Shown: positions 1 to 12,738 of the stretch, one piece after another
Position numbering within the stretch: position 1 is the stretch's first letter
Layout of the letters: every line of letters starts with the position of its first letter
Source: Thalia democratica
Taxonomy: Eukaryota
Assembly: GCA_965202585.1 (NCBI GenBank)
Contig: OZ241829.1
Location: 68,944,001 to 69,008,000, forward strand
Length of the DNA stretch: 64,000 nt
Direction of reading: 5' to 3'
The notes under the pieces: model-generated
The model's database searches: none
Seen by the model: the letters and a program-made list of their open reading frames with translations, nothing else
What the model was told of the DNA's origin: nothing
Position numbers and translations under genes: made by a program

Positions 1-300
1 CAAGATGAGTACATGGCCCGCAACCATGACTTCGACCGCGGATCGGCCGATATTGGCCTGGACGTTCCTGTAGCTACAGACGAAGATCATGGCGGAGGAA
101 GGCAAAACTCTCCTCAAAACGGGCATGGCCATGACGAAGGTCGCATGAATGATTTCCAAGATGATTTAGATAATGATGATTCATATTGTGAAGAAGAAGG
201 TTTTTGGGATGAGCAAGATGAAGACGCTGATGATGATGAAAACTGTACAAGTGATAGAGATGATGGTGAAATAAGAAACCGTCAGTTTTCTCTGTTTTAA
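1..300 (+). CDS. 3' part of family paralog A (window-truncated; acidic tail ending RNRQFSLF)
   Basis: Identical to 18022..18321, the end of the intact 386-aa ORF at 17161..18321. Confidence 0.85.
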   Translation, partial: QDEYMARNHDFDRGSADIGLDVPVATDEDHGGGRQNSPQNGHGHDEGRMNDFQDDLDNDDSYCEEEGFWDEQDEDADDDENCTSDRDDGEIRNRQFSLF

Positions 301-1311
301 ACAGCAAAAACTTCTGATGTATTGGTGAAACTGAACTTTGTTTACTAGGTTTTAAAAACAATTTTTTGTGACATTTTTAATTTTGTTAATGAGAGTGATT
401 TAAGGATTTAGCATATGTGAGATTTTATTGCAGTACAGTGCTTATCCACTTATTCACTAAAAAAATACTAATTTCAAGCTCTGTTGGTTTTGTATTTTTT
501 TTTATGTAAACACCATTTTTTATGTGTTTATGTAACATCATAACTAAGCATGTTTGACATTTTGTTATTGTACAATAGTATATGTATTATAATTTTTATT
601 ATCCAGATAAAACATACTTTGCTAACCTAAGACTTTTTTTTAAAATTAGAAGAAGTTTTTCTAAAAAATAATTAAAATAACAAAAACGACTTTTAATATT
701 TTACTTTTCCCTTTTAAAAAAGTATTCTTTGATATACAACTTGGACTCTTTTCACAGCGGTATGTTTTATTTTAGTGTATTTTTTAGTTTTTTACTATCA
801 ATATTGTACAAAATCTGAGTTTTATTGATGTTAAATTTCACAACAGTCCTCATTAATAACTGTACTTAAAACTAGATAATTAGAAAATTTTTGATTAATA
901 AAAAACTTTACTAATAAAAATTCATAAATACAGTGAAAAGTTAAAAAAAAACAATTTAAAACAAAGTTTGTGCTACAACTAATTGTTTTAAAAGTAAAGT
1001 CAAAAAACTAACTTTACATTTAAATAAGACCGGTTTTAATTGATTATTTTTTTTCATCAGTTTTAAAAACATTATCATCTAAAACTCATGAAATTTTTAC
1101 TTCCTTGTTTATGTTAATTATAATAAGACTAGTAGACTAATTATTGATATAAACAAACATATACTAGAATATAGGTTTTATTTTACTTATCGCATATATT
1201 TAACTTTAAACTTTTCAAACATTTTTTTGAACAAATAAAAACCAAACTAAAGCTTTTAACTTACTTATGCTCAAACCAACAGAAAAAAAAACAAACAAAC
1301 TAAATAAAATA

Positions 1312-2394
1312 ATGAAAAAGAGCTGCATTGCAACGCTGGGAGCTTACCTGCTCAGCAAAAAGACGGACTGCAACTTATTTCCGCAAGGTGTCCTCGCTCG
1401 CTCAGATGTAAGCGCCGGAGACGGCAACTACCCTCCGCCCCTGGAACCGAATGATTTGAACATTAGGAAGCGCCCCTTCAATACGCGGCTCTACGGCGCA
1501 CCAACGGCGCAGGAGAACGAGCAAATAACGGCCTTGAAAAACAATCCTTTCACAGAAAACGACCGCCAGGATGAACATCTGCTCGAAAGCAACTGGGACG
1601 GGCTGGAAGGCTTCCAAGAAGAACACAACTATGCGAAGTGGATGAGACTGCATCTGCACTTTTACGCGGTGGGAGATGCCGAAAACGAAACTAGGAGATC
1701 AGATCAAACGAATGCCAGGCAGAGTTTTGTAAGGGCTCTTTCTGATGGCAGGTTGCAAAACTACCGCAACACTTTTGAGCGCAAATGGTTCCCGGTGAGC
1801 CGGTTGGACCCGCCGCATTCTGACGTCACAGTGCCGCGCAGCCACGACGCCATAGCGGACTTTTGGGAGATGGAGCACGCCTTCCGCAAAGTTTGCCATC
1901 GGTTCATTTTAAACGGAACATTTCAGTTTCGGAGCGCCCGTGAAGCAAACGGGAAGAAAGTGACAAAAGGTCCGGAGACAGTTGAACACTGGATTCACAT
2001 GCCCAAGAACCTGATCGCCTACTTCGTGCAGCGGGTGTTGCAGTTCCCCCCGGAAACCTTCGGCAGGTTCAGGATCAGCGACGGCTCCCACACGCACTTT
2101 TTCATCGACTACAACGGAACACCGAGATTTTATGTCGTTGGAGAGACGAGCTACCTGCATAAAGAGTACGAAAGAGTCCGTCGTGATTTCGATCGTGGAT
2201 CGGGCGATATTGGCTTAGACGTTCCCGCCGCTAAAGAAGAAGATCTTGGCGCGGGAGACTCTCCTCAAATCGGGTCTGACAAAAATTGTGAATATGAAGA
2301 AGGTGATTGGGAAGATGAAGACGCTGATGATGAAAGCTGTACGAATGATAGAGATGATGGTGAAACAAGAAATCGTCAGTTTTCTCTGTTTTAG
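1312..2394 (+). CDS. Uncharacterised intronless family, paralog B (360 aa from conserved MKKSC start)
   Basis: Long open frame at about 50-55% GC in about 22% GC flanks; paralogous to A and C; an upstream in-frame ATG at 1267 is not conserved in A or C. Confidence 0.85.
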   Translation: MKKSCIATLGAYLLSKKTDCNLFPQGVLARSDVSAGDGNYPPPLEPNDLNIRKRPFNTRLYGAPTAQENEQITALKNNPFTENDRQDEHLLESNWDGLEGFQEEHNYAKWMRLHLHFYAVGDAENETRRSDQTNARQSFVRALSDGRLQNYRNTFERKWFPVSRLDPPHSDVTVPRSHDAIADFWEMEHAFRKVCHRFILNGTFQFRSAREANGKKVTKGPETVEHWIHMPKNLIAYFVQRVLQFPPETFGRFRISDGSHTHFFIDYNGTPRFYVVGETSYLHKEYERVRRDFDRGSGDIGLDVPAAKEEDLGAGDSPQIGSDKNCEYEEGDWEDEDADDESCTNDRDDGETRNRQFSLF

Positions 2395-3178
2395 GAAGTC
2401 ACAACTTCTGATGTATTTGTGGTACTGTGCATTTTGTTAACAAAGTTTTCAGAACTGTTGTATGACTTTATTTGTTTTGTTGATGAAAGTTGTATTTTGT
2501 TCTAATTGAGAGCTTAAAAGAACTGTTAAATTTATATGTCTAACGTTGTTTGTTTTGCAAAACATTTGTGCGTTTTCTGTCGTACCGACAACAAACATAA
2601 TAAAAACTAGTAAAGTTAATGTAGCTTTAGATTTTTGCTTTAAATTTCTATGTTAATTTGTAATGAATAATTTAAATTTAAAAAGTTATGGACGTTTACA
2701 AACTGACACTAAATTTATCTATATTATATACCCAACACATATCACTTTAAATTTTGGTTTTCTAATTAGTAAGCACCAAAATATAGCTTTTAACTTACGA
2801 TAGTGTTCTATACTTACCATAGTTTAACCAAGAAACAGTTAGGAAAAATAATATGTATATAAAATAAGCTGTAACATAAAGTTGTTGTTAATTTGAAAAA
2901 TGTATAAGCTACATATCTGTGTTTAAGTTATTAAGCTTTACCATTAATTCAAAGCAACGCCAGTTTAAGTTAGATCACTAGTTCTCCATAACAGCTATGA
3001 TATTTATTATTTTTAAAAACCGTGAGTTGCTAAAATCTTTTATTAAAAAACTCGTTTTTTCTTAATTGCAATAAACCTTTAAGTGTATATTAACTCTTTA
3101 AAGTTTAAATAACTTATAATAAATTGATAAGATGACACTATAATAATCACCGTAGAACAAACAAACAAAATAAATAAA

Positions 3179-4264
3179 ATGATGAAAAAAAGCTGCTTTG
3201 CAACGCTGGGAGCTTACCTGCTCAGCAAAAAGATGGACTGCAACTTATTTCCGCAAGGTGTCCTCGCTCGCTCAGATGTAAGCGCCGGAGACGGCAACTA
3301 CCCTCCGCCCCTGGAACCGAACGATTTGAACATTAGGAAGCGCCCCTTCAATACAAGGCTCTACGGCGCGCCAACGGCGCAGGAGAACGAGCAAATAACG
3401 GCCTTGAACAACAACCCTTTCACAGAAAACGACCGCCAGGATGAACATCTGCTCGAAAGCAACTGGGACGGGCTGGAAGGCTTCCAAACCGAGCACGCCC
3501 ATGGAAGGTCGATGAAACTGCACCTGCACTTTTACGCAAAGGAAGATGCCGAAAACAACACTAGGAGGTTTGATCAAACGAATGCCAGGCAGAGAATAAT
3601 AAGGGGTCCCCTTAACACGCTGAAAAACTACGGCGACATCTTTGCGCGCTACAGGTTTCCGGTGAGCCGGTTGGACCCGCCGCATTCTGACGTCACAGTG
3701 CCGCGAGGCCACGACGTCATAGCGGAATTTTGGGAGATGGAGCACGCCTTCCGCAAAGTTTGCCATAGGTTCATCTTAAACGGACAATTTGAGTGGCGGA
3801 AAGTTCGTGAAGAAAATGGGAAGAAAAAAACAAAAGGTCCGGAGACAGTTGAACATTGGCATAACATGCCCAAGAACCTGATCGCCTATTTCGTGCAGCG
3901 GGTGTTGCAGTTCCCGCCGGAAACATTCGGCAGGTTCAGGATCAGCGACGGCTCCCACACGCACTTTTACATCGACTACAACGGAAGACCGAATTTTTCG
4001 GTCATTGGAGAGACGAGCCATCTGCATAAAGAGTACGAAAGAGGCCGTCGTGATTTCGATCGTGGATCGGGCGATATTGGTTTGGACGTTCCCGCCGCTA
4101 AAGAAGAAGATCTTTATGCAGGAGACTCTCCTCAAATCGGGTCTGAAAAAAATTGTGAATATGAAGAAGGTGATTGGGAAGATGAAGACGCTGATGATGA
4201 TGAAAACTGTACGAATGATAGAGACGTTGGTGAAACAAGAAATCGTCAGTTTTCTCTGTTTTAA
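3179..4264 (+). CDS. Uncharacterised intronless family, paralog C (361 aa)
   Basis: Intact ORF; first ~100 codons nearly identical to B; shares the DPPHSDVTVPR and FPPETFGRFRISDGSHTH blocks and the tail. Confidence 0.85.
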   Translation: MMKKSCFATLGAYLLSKKMDCNLFPQGVLARSDVSAGDGNYPPPLEPNDLNIRKRPFNTRLYGAPTAQENEQITALNNNPFTENDRQDEHLLESNWDGLEGFQTEHAHGRSMKLHLHFYAKEDAENNTRRFDQTNARQRIIRGPLNTLKNYGDIFARYRFPVSRLDPPHSDVTVPRGHDVIAEFWEMEHAFRKVCHRFILNGQFEWRKVREENGKKKTKGPETVEHWHNMPKNLIAYFVQRVLQFPPETFGRFRISDGSHTHFYIDYNGRPNFSVIGETSHLHKEYERGRRDFDRGSGDIGLDVPAAKEEDLYAGDSPQIGSEKNCEYEEGDWEDEDADDDENCTNDRDVGETRNRQFSLF

Positions 4265-5552
4265 GAAGTAACAACTTCTGATGTATTCATGTAACTGAAC
4301 TTTTTGTTTACAAAGTTTTCAGAACTGTTTGTATGACTTTATTTGTTTTTTTGATAAGAGTGCTATTTTGTTTTGCTTAAGTGAAATGTTAGATTAATAT
4401 GTCTAACATTGTTGGTTTTACAAAACGTTTGTGTTTATTGTTTTCTGTTACACAGACAACAAAACATGTTTAATGTAGCTTTAGATTTTTGCTTTAAATT
4501 TAAGTATAATTGTAATAAAAAATTTAAATTTTAAAAGTTAAGGACATTTACGAACTTTAGCACTATATTTCTTTTATATACTAAACATATACCGTTTCAA
4601 ATCTTGGTTTTCTAATTAGTAAGCATTAAAATAAACCTTGTAACTTACGATATATTTTAATACTTTTTAGAATTTAACCAAAAAACTGCTTTGAAAAATA
4701 AATTGTATATAAAACAAGCTCTAACATAAAATTGTTGTTATTTAAAAAAAGTTTTGTGCTACCGATCGGTGTTTAAGTTATTAAGCTTACAATTAACTTA
4801 CAACAAAGCCAGTTTAAGTTAGAATATCAATTCATGATAACAAATATTAAAATAATGATTTTCAAAACTGTTTGTACTTTGCTAAAACATTTAATTAAAA
4901 AAAGGTTTTTTCTTAATTTAAACAAACCTTTAAATCTATAATAACTCTGTTAAGTTTAGATAAATTATAAAAAAAAAATGTTATGATTACACTATAACAA
5001 TGACCACAAAAACTTTCGTTTGTTTCCAAAGTTAAAACTTTCAACAACTTATATTTGTTCTGATCTAAAAAGCTTTTACTTTGATAAGTTTTTTTCGTTT
5101 GAACAAATAATTCCTCTTTGATTACTTATTGTTATTTAAACATACAACCTTAAGTTTAAAACAAAAAAGGAAAAATTTACAACAAAAGTACAAACACAGT
5201 TTTATTGAACGCTTGTCAGAAAACATTAAAGAGTAAAAATATAAAATTAAAGCAACAACTCAATCATACTTCTAAATAAGTAATCGTAATTTAATTAAAA
5301 ATAGCATTGTCGTGCACCATAGCTTAGTTTGAATTCATAAAAAAATATGAATTAAATATCAAAAGGTAGAGTTTGTATAAAATCTCTAAATCAACAACTA
5401 GAAAGGTTGTTTTTTTTATTTTTTGTTTCTTAGCTAAAACCTTAGCTTAAAGGATAGTTTGAATTAAATTTGTAATCATAAGACTATTCTCAGAAGGTAA
5501 AGTTTGGATATAAGTTTTTTAACTAATTAGATATATAACTTTTTCCTTCTTC

Positions 5553-5983
5553 TTAGCTACAACAGGGTTTTCCGGCCATCATATTTTCAGCAAAATACAC
5601 CGGGAGCTTTATTACTGCAAAAAAAAAGTATATATATACTTTATAAGCGTATAAGAAAATTACGCTAAGTTAACAAAACATTTAATTAAACATTATAAGT
5701 AATTACAATTATTAAAATAAGAAATCATAGATGCTCAGTAAGTCATGTTTAAATAAGTCAGTATATATTGAGTCAATTTTATATTAACAAAACAAACGGC
5801 ATATAAATTTAATTCAACAACAAAACCTCTCTCTTGCATCTGGGACCACTTGGCGCAGCACTCAATGAACACGGTGAACGGCAGGACTATTATGTAGACC
5901 GTGGACACGAACGCCGCCAGTGGCCAGCCAATTACCAGAAGGCCCAACAACCACAACACTGACCACCCGTTCAAGTTTTCCAT
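5553..5983 (-). CDS. Small 72-aa Trp/Cys-rich hydrophobic (probable membrane) protein, two exons (5983-5827, 5614-5553)
   Basis: Donor G|GTTTTG and acceptor TTTTTGCAG|, phase 1. The spliced product ...ECCAKWSQMQER-V-IKLPVYFAENMMAGKPCCS* is colinear with the intronless paralog at 48644..48862. Confidence 0.85.
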
Positions 5984-7975
5984 TGTTACGTCACAGTTAT
6001 TAAAACTTATAATGAAAAATATTTCGTTTCTGAAATAACGTACATCTTTAATTTTTTTAGTATATAAACATCTTTTGTTTTCATCAATAACGTTACTATA
6101 ATTTATAATTTATGACAGTTTTATTACGTTTAAAATTATATAATGGTTTTAATTTATTTTTAGTGTTGGTTTGAAAATGTTTATAAGTGAGATAAAAATT
6201 AAATTGGTGATAAACGTTGCTGGGGCTAAAAATTAAAATCTGTTTTACGTTTAAAAAATATAGTAAATTCATGACTACGACTATGTTTAATTAAACTACA
6301 ATTTCATTACTTGTTACACAAAAGTTAGGTTTGAGTACAAAATATAATAACGCTTGCTGAATAGCCAAAAAAAAATATCAAACTGTTGTACGTTCATAAA
6401 AAAGAGCTATAAAAGAACAAAAAATTAATTAAAACAAAAGTGTAATTGATAATAGTCATGTAGGTTCAATCCTCTAAGCACACAAAAAACTGAATGCTAT
6501 AATAGCTGATGCTAAACAGTTTAACATTTTACCACATAAAACTGTTAAGTTATGTCGTATCAATGTTTTATATACAATTTCCTAAGTTGTTTTTTGTTTT
6601 GAAATTAATTATTTTTATATAATAAACACGAAGAAAGTTAAATATAACTTATATGCAAAAAAAAACTAAAAAATTAACCGAATGTTACGCTTGTTGAACA
6701 CAAATTTAAGTGACAATAATAATAATTTAGACCTTACGTCTCTAAACAAACAAATAATGTTGACAAAATTTAACTGTGAAAAATTACTTATTAGTATTAT
6801 ATCAGGTTTTGAATACTATCAATGGTCAAGTAAGTTTGTGACACAAAGCTTAATAAATTAACAATTTTTCCAAGTAAAAAGAAAGCATTTTAACTCTAAT
6901 TAATCAATGAGTATACATTGAGTTATTTCATTTTAAGTTATTACGCTTTTAAGCTGATAAATGCATTTGAACAAAATAAGTTTTTATACTTACTTTTATA
7001 CCTAAGTAAATAAACTTAAGTGTTAAAAAAATGATGAAGTCTTAGCTTACAATGATCAAAATACTTGTACAGTAAAAATTTAGAATCTATGGAAAGTGAG
7101 TAAAATAAGCTTTACAAGTATTTATTTACTATAACCAATAGAATATAATTGCAAAGAACTCTGATCATTTGAGGTATTATGGTTGTTAACCTATTTTTTG
7201 CGAGTTAGTATTAAATTTATATGCACAATATTTACATAAAATAACGTTACTTTAACTCATAGACTTGTAAACAATTATACTAGTCTCTCCCTTGAGTATG
7301 AAAACAGCTTGCCAAAATACAAAATTTCCACTTATAAAATTTTCAAAGTTGTCAAGCAATGTTGGATTGTTACGTCACTATTCAACTACTTTTAAAAGAC
7401 TACTTTTGATAACATTTACTTAAATAGAAAATTTTATTAAGTAGGAATATAGGTAAGTGAATAAAAACTCTTTTAACAAGTTTAAAAAGTTTTGTTTCAA
7501 CCTATAACTTATATTTAATTAAATTTCTAATAAATCACAATTAATGACCAAATTGCTTGTTGTTCAAAAAAAAAAACTAAACATGCCATTGAAAATAGTT
7601 ATAATAATCTGTAAATAATTAGATACAATTAAATTTAGTTTCTATCATTTATAAGTAATTGGGCATAACATTATTTTGATTTTTGTTACCACAAAATAAG
7701 CTTAAAGTTTAAATTAAAAACAAGTTAGTAAAAACTACAAACAAGTTAATTTTGCTGAAACTAAAACTATATAATTTACTATTATAAGTAATTTTGTAAG
7801 CATAATTTCTTTAAAAGTAAGTTATAAAGAATAAGAAGTTGATTTATTTTTTAAATTAATTTTTTGTAATAAGTTATAAATTATGTAATTTAAATTAGAA
7901 ATGCTTGTATAGTTTTTTTTATATCTTAGCAAAATATGTGTTAAATAACATACCAAACACCACATCCTGTCTGAC

Positions 7976-8496
7976 TTCTTTAAAGCTTCTAGCTATTTAT
8001 TATGTTATCTTTTATTATATCACAAAGTTTTTTTGTTAAACACTGTTGTGCTTAAATTTTTTGTTTTCAATTACTTAAAGTCACCCATGTTTTGCCCCTG
8101 TAAGCTGTTAAAGTTGTCCAATAATGCCAACTTGTCATATAATGGTCAACACTATCTTCCCTAATCTTTTAAAAACTGTTAAAAATTTATTGTGACAAAG
8201 CAAAAGTTGGTCATTGAAAAAAAAAAAAATTTAATACCACAAGTGAAAACAATTGAAAACAAATAGCTAATAATTGAAAAAAAGAAAGAATTTATTTAAA
8301 AAAATTCAATTGAGATGCTATATTACTTCACTCATAGCTAATTTACCAAAAATATCATGTTACATATGTTGATAACTGTATAAAAAGTTAGTAATCAAAA
8401 AATTAAAAAATTTTGCACAACAGTGTTCAAAAGTATCTAAAATCATAAAGAACAAATGTAGCGCTGTAACAATAAATAGCTAGAAGCTCTAAAGAA
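7976..8496. mobile_element. MITE-like element with terminal and subterminal inverted repeats
   Basis: 7976-8001 vs 8471-8496 are 25/26 inverted-identical; inner AACACTGTTGTGC (8039-8051) is the perfect reverse complement of 8415-8427; no TSD seen. Confidence 0.5.
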
Positions 8497-11400
8497 TTAA
8501 GGTAGGGTGTCTAGTGTAATTTGTTATAATAAAATGTTTCACCCTGTAAGAGATTTTCAGTTATATCTCAATTCTTATTCAATTAAAATTTAAGTTATTT
8601 CATTTTCTAAACCACTTGTACTCTATTATATTTACTAAAATGTATAAGATAAAGTTAAGTATTATTAAAATTTCAGGACATAGTAGGCAGAAGCTTTGAA
8701 CTCTAGATGAATTAGCAAGATAGTAGTTTGATAAAAAGCTTTTTATGTACTATTTTCATCTTAGTAAACAAAATCTTTGTCATACTGTATTGTAAATAAG
8801 TAACACATTAATTTATAAGTGATATATACTTTTAAGTTCTTAAATGGTTATATAATAAAGCACTATAGTAGTTTGCATAGAATTAGATCTTTATGTTAGA
8901 AGAAATTGAGTGTTAAAATTTATATAACATTTCAATTGTTACAAAATTTTGTTATAAACAATGATGAAATTACAATATAGTATTTAACATATATTCCTAT
9001 AAAATCTTTTATCATTTTAAATTCAATATATGTGTAGTTTTACTTTGAAATTATCTAATAATATTTTGAAAGTCTGATATTTTTTGATCATATAACTGTT
9101 ATTATATTTGTTTGATAACTTAATTTCGAAAAAAATATACTTTAATGCCACTTTACTTTGTTATTTTTATAATTAAGTAGCTTGAAGTGGTGCTTACTTT
9201 ATATATAGTAGAATAGAACAAAAGAAAATTAATGATTACTAAGGTATTGTCAGTTTTAATAAATTTTTGTAATACAGATTTATAGAGAACAACTTGTCTT
9301 GACTAAATTTTTTGAACTTAAAAAAATCTCTTGCATCTAAGGTTTTTTATTCTAGAGAACTAAAGTTTTAAAGATATGTTCCTTGCATGATTAACAGTTT
9401 GATGAATAAAAAGTAAGCAATTCACAATGAAGTTTTAAATTATTGATTTTTTTCAAAAGACTAAAATTTTTTAAAGGTAAAAACATTTCCTAAATAAGAT
9501 TTTTCCATGATAAATACAGATTAGACTGCGAAGGTTTCATAATGAATATGTAAAAAGCTGTAAAAGGAAACATATATCAAAGTACTCAGTATTTTTAGCA
9601 TTTTTAAGCATGGCCTTCCAGAAGACACCTATTGAACTTCTCAAAATTAAGCTCATATTTTTCAAAAGTTACTTTGAATCTTAGGATGCAATAAAAGCAA
9701 CTAGCAGCTAGTTTTTAAACTAAGACCAATTTTAAACAAAACTGTCAATTCCCCACCCATGGCCTTTGACAATGAATGTGTAAAATATAAAAACAAATTC
9801 TATTTAATAACAATGAAGTTAAAGTAAATTTGATTTCCACAAACTATTTTTTAATGCTTTAGAAATAAACTTATTTTGTGTCACAACTAAAATAATTGAA
9901 GATATGGACCACCATGACTTTTTTCTTTTAAAGGTTATGACTTAGTAAAAATAAGTAAGGTTTGAATTTAAAAAATAAAATAAAATTAATTAGAAATATA
10001 CTTTATATGTGTACTAAATTTAATTAAGATCAGTAGTAACTATTAGTTAATTTAATAAATTATAAGTTAAAGTTAAATTATGTTTTACTTTCACCAAACT
10101 TAGCTTGTAAATAATAAAAGGGAAGCCACCTAAAATTGTTAAGTTTTACATATCAGGGATTAAAGCTTATAGTTTAACTCGAAACAATATTTTAAATAAA
10201 ACTTTAAAGTTTTAGAAATATTTTTTTTCTAAAATATATATAAAACTCGAGCATCATTAACAAATTTAAAAAACTGCACATAAATGCGATTTTTAAAAAT
10301 TAAAGTGTTGCGCTTTTTAGCATATAGTTTTTTTTAACTTAAATACTTATAAGAACAAAAAAGATTTTGTAACACACCGTAAAACTTAACTAAAAAAAAA
10401 TTGTAAATTTTTGTTTAATATTTATTTAAAATAAATAAAACTTTTGGTTTTATGGCAATTCAAATTCCGACAACAATTCAAATTAACAAAAAGAAAAACT
10501 TAATTAAATACTAGAATTCAAAAAATAATAAATATTTTGAAAGATTTTAAATGTGTAAGTAGGTTTAATTGATATGTACAAAAAATTTATTTGTTTTTAC
10601 TTTTATAGATTATAGAATGAGGAAAAAGTAAAATGTTGTGAAGTTCAAGACTTTTGTTTTTACATATTGCAGCCTTTGAGCATTTTCGTAGTAAGATTTT
10701 TTTTACTTATAAAGGATTGCCGACACCTGCCTAATTTTTAGTTTAGTAATGCTCAACTGGATGATATAAACTAAATAGTTTGGTGCATTAATGAATAAAT
10801 TATTCTAACTTTCATTGCTTGCTTTTTTTTTCAATTTTATTAAATATTGCTTGCTGGAGTTTTTTCTAACAATGGCACTCAAAAAACATCAACTAACATT
10901 TAAATAATTTTGAAATCTTACGACTGTAACATATAAAGATAATAAGACAAAATATTATAAAACAATATATAACTTTAAACTTTATAGTTATACACGTTTT
11001 ACATAATAAGTTAATTTTAGTCTTAGTTTAAATAAAATCACTACAATGTTTAAAAGTTGTTAGCCTTTTTATTCAATAATTGATTATTTCAAACATTACA
11101 TTTATATTATGGTTTTTACCAAAATTAAACTAAACTATGGTAAATAAATACAGTCATTTAACAGTTTTAGGAATAAAACAGCAAGTTTTATTTTATCTTT
11201 TGTAATTTTTCTTTTTTTAACAATGTGAAAAAACAATCACTTAAGTTTAAACAGAACTTTTTACTTATAATGATTACTTTATTTTTATCAAAAATTAATT
11301 GCTTAATTCAATTTGAATTAATCTCTATTGTAATTTAAATCTAAATTTTTAGTACATTTTCTTATGCTTGATTATGGAGTTTCTCATAACTCGTTTAGCT

Positions 11401-12738
11401 TGATGTTAAAACTGAATATATAAAGTTTACAAGGTTACTAGCGCACGTAAAGTAAAATACTTATTACTATTATTTTTATTACTATTGTATTACTAAAATA
11501 TTTTAAGTTTAAAACTTTTAGTCAGTTTATTTAATAAGCTTTAAGAAAAGTTTTATACAAACTAAAATTGTTTATAAACTTAAGTATTATCAAAAGAGAT
11601 TTCAGTTCTGATTGAGACTTTGTGAAATAATAATTTATTATAAGTTACTAGTATGGTAATTTAGGTTACCAAAAAAAAGCTGGCAACAAGTAAGTCCAAC
11701 CCGAGTCCCCGGATTTGAACAATGATTATTAAACCATGATACTATTGTTTTAGACGTAAAATTTCATACCTATTATTAAACTTTAGAGTAAACAAAGTAA
11801 ACTAAAATGTGCCCTTGAAGGGTGCTAAAAGACCGTGAAACAGAGTCATCAATCGCAGAGATATACAAGAATTTTAATTAAAGGTCTTAATTTAAATTTA
11901 TATATTACAATTTTTTTCTTTTTTTGATTATAAATGTATAAAGTTTTAATTTTTATTTTATTAACACAAGGATTACTTTTCATCGAAAATAAGCTAAAAA
12001 AGAAGATACAACTGCTTATTTTACATAAAACCTTAGCGCAAACATTGATATTTGAAAGAGTTCCCATTTAAAAGCTACATAAGCAGCTCAAATGTACTTT
12101 TTAATGGCGAATTTGATTTTGTTTGAAACAAACAGTAAAAAAATACTTTTGTAAAATATTGAATATCAAAAGTTTGTTTATGCATTTATTAAGTTTTAAA
12201 ATTTTTTTATTTAGCAAAGTTTGGATTTATCAAGCTTCAATTAACTTTCATTAAAAGTAGGTGTAAATTTTACTACTTTTTGTAATAAAATGCTTATAAA
12301 CATGAGTGATTTTATAAATATTAACATTGAGTAACTATTTTAAAATTACTTTTGAAATATCTTAAAGTAGATAAGAGTAATGTTGTCATTTTGCATGTTT
12401 CTAGACATTTTAAACTAATCCTTCTTTTAAAGTAGAAACTAATAGTACAGAAACTTAAAGTGTAAATTTTACAGCGAAAAAACTAAAGATGGATGACTAG
12501 TATTGTTTTTTGCTTAACACTCTTATATCTCTTTATAAGTTACTGATAAAAAGCGCAAACTAGTTTAAAGAATCTATTTTGATAAAGACCGAAGATAGTA
12601 CTAATAAATAATAATGATCTAGTTGGTATATTTTAATATAATTAAAATAGTATTTTAGTTCTGATTGAAACTTTGTGACAGCGTAAATTTTATAAATTAC
12701 TTGTATAGTATATCAAGTTAAATAAAATTGAGCAACAA

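Noticed and set aside
1267-1311. N-terminal extension MLKPTEKKTNKLNKI of paralog B
   Set aside because: A-rich, not conserved in A or C and altered in B'; the MKKSC start is shared by all copies
1340-1352. Perfect splice donor CAG|GTAAGC on the minus strand within the family N-terminus
   Set aside because: No coherent minus-strand exon chain; consequence of the conserved plus-strand codons
1642-1670. HLHFY as an HUH rolling-circle Rep motif II (Helitron/viral)
   Set aside because: No recognisable motif I, catalytic YxxK or helicase domain; no Helitron termini found; kept only as a generic metal-binding clue
2320-2385. CTGATGA...GAAA resembling a hammerhead ribozyme core in every gene tail
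   Set aside because: No stem II and no NUH in the required position; explained by Ala-Asp-Asp-Glu codons
1402-4135. Minus-strand and alternative-frame ORFs overlapping A/B/C (e.g. 3272..3766, 17389..17835, 39269..39763, 2246..2440)
   Set aside because: Shadow frames expected in GC-rich coding DNA; their boundaries vary among paralogs while the plus frame is conserved
5735-5826. C-terminus GFVVELNL...LNMTY given by the ORF track for the small membrane protein
   Set aside because: Read-through into an intron; the spliced exon 2 restores homology to the intronless paralog
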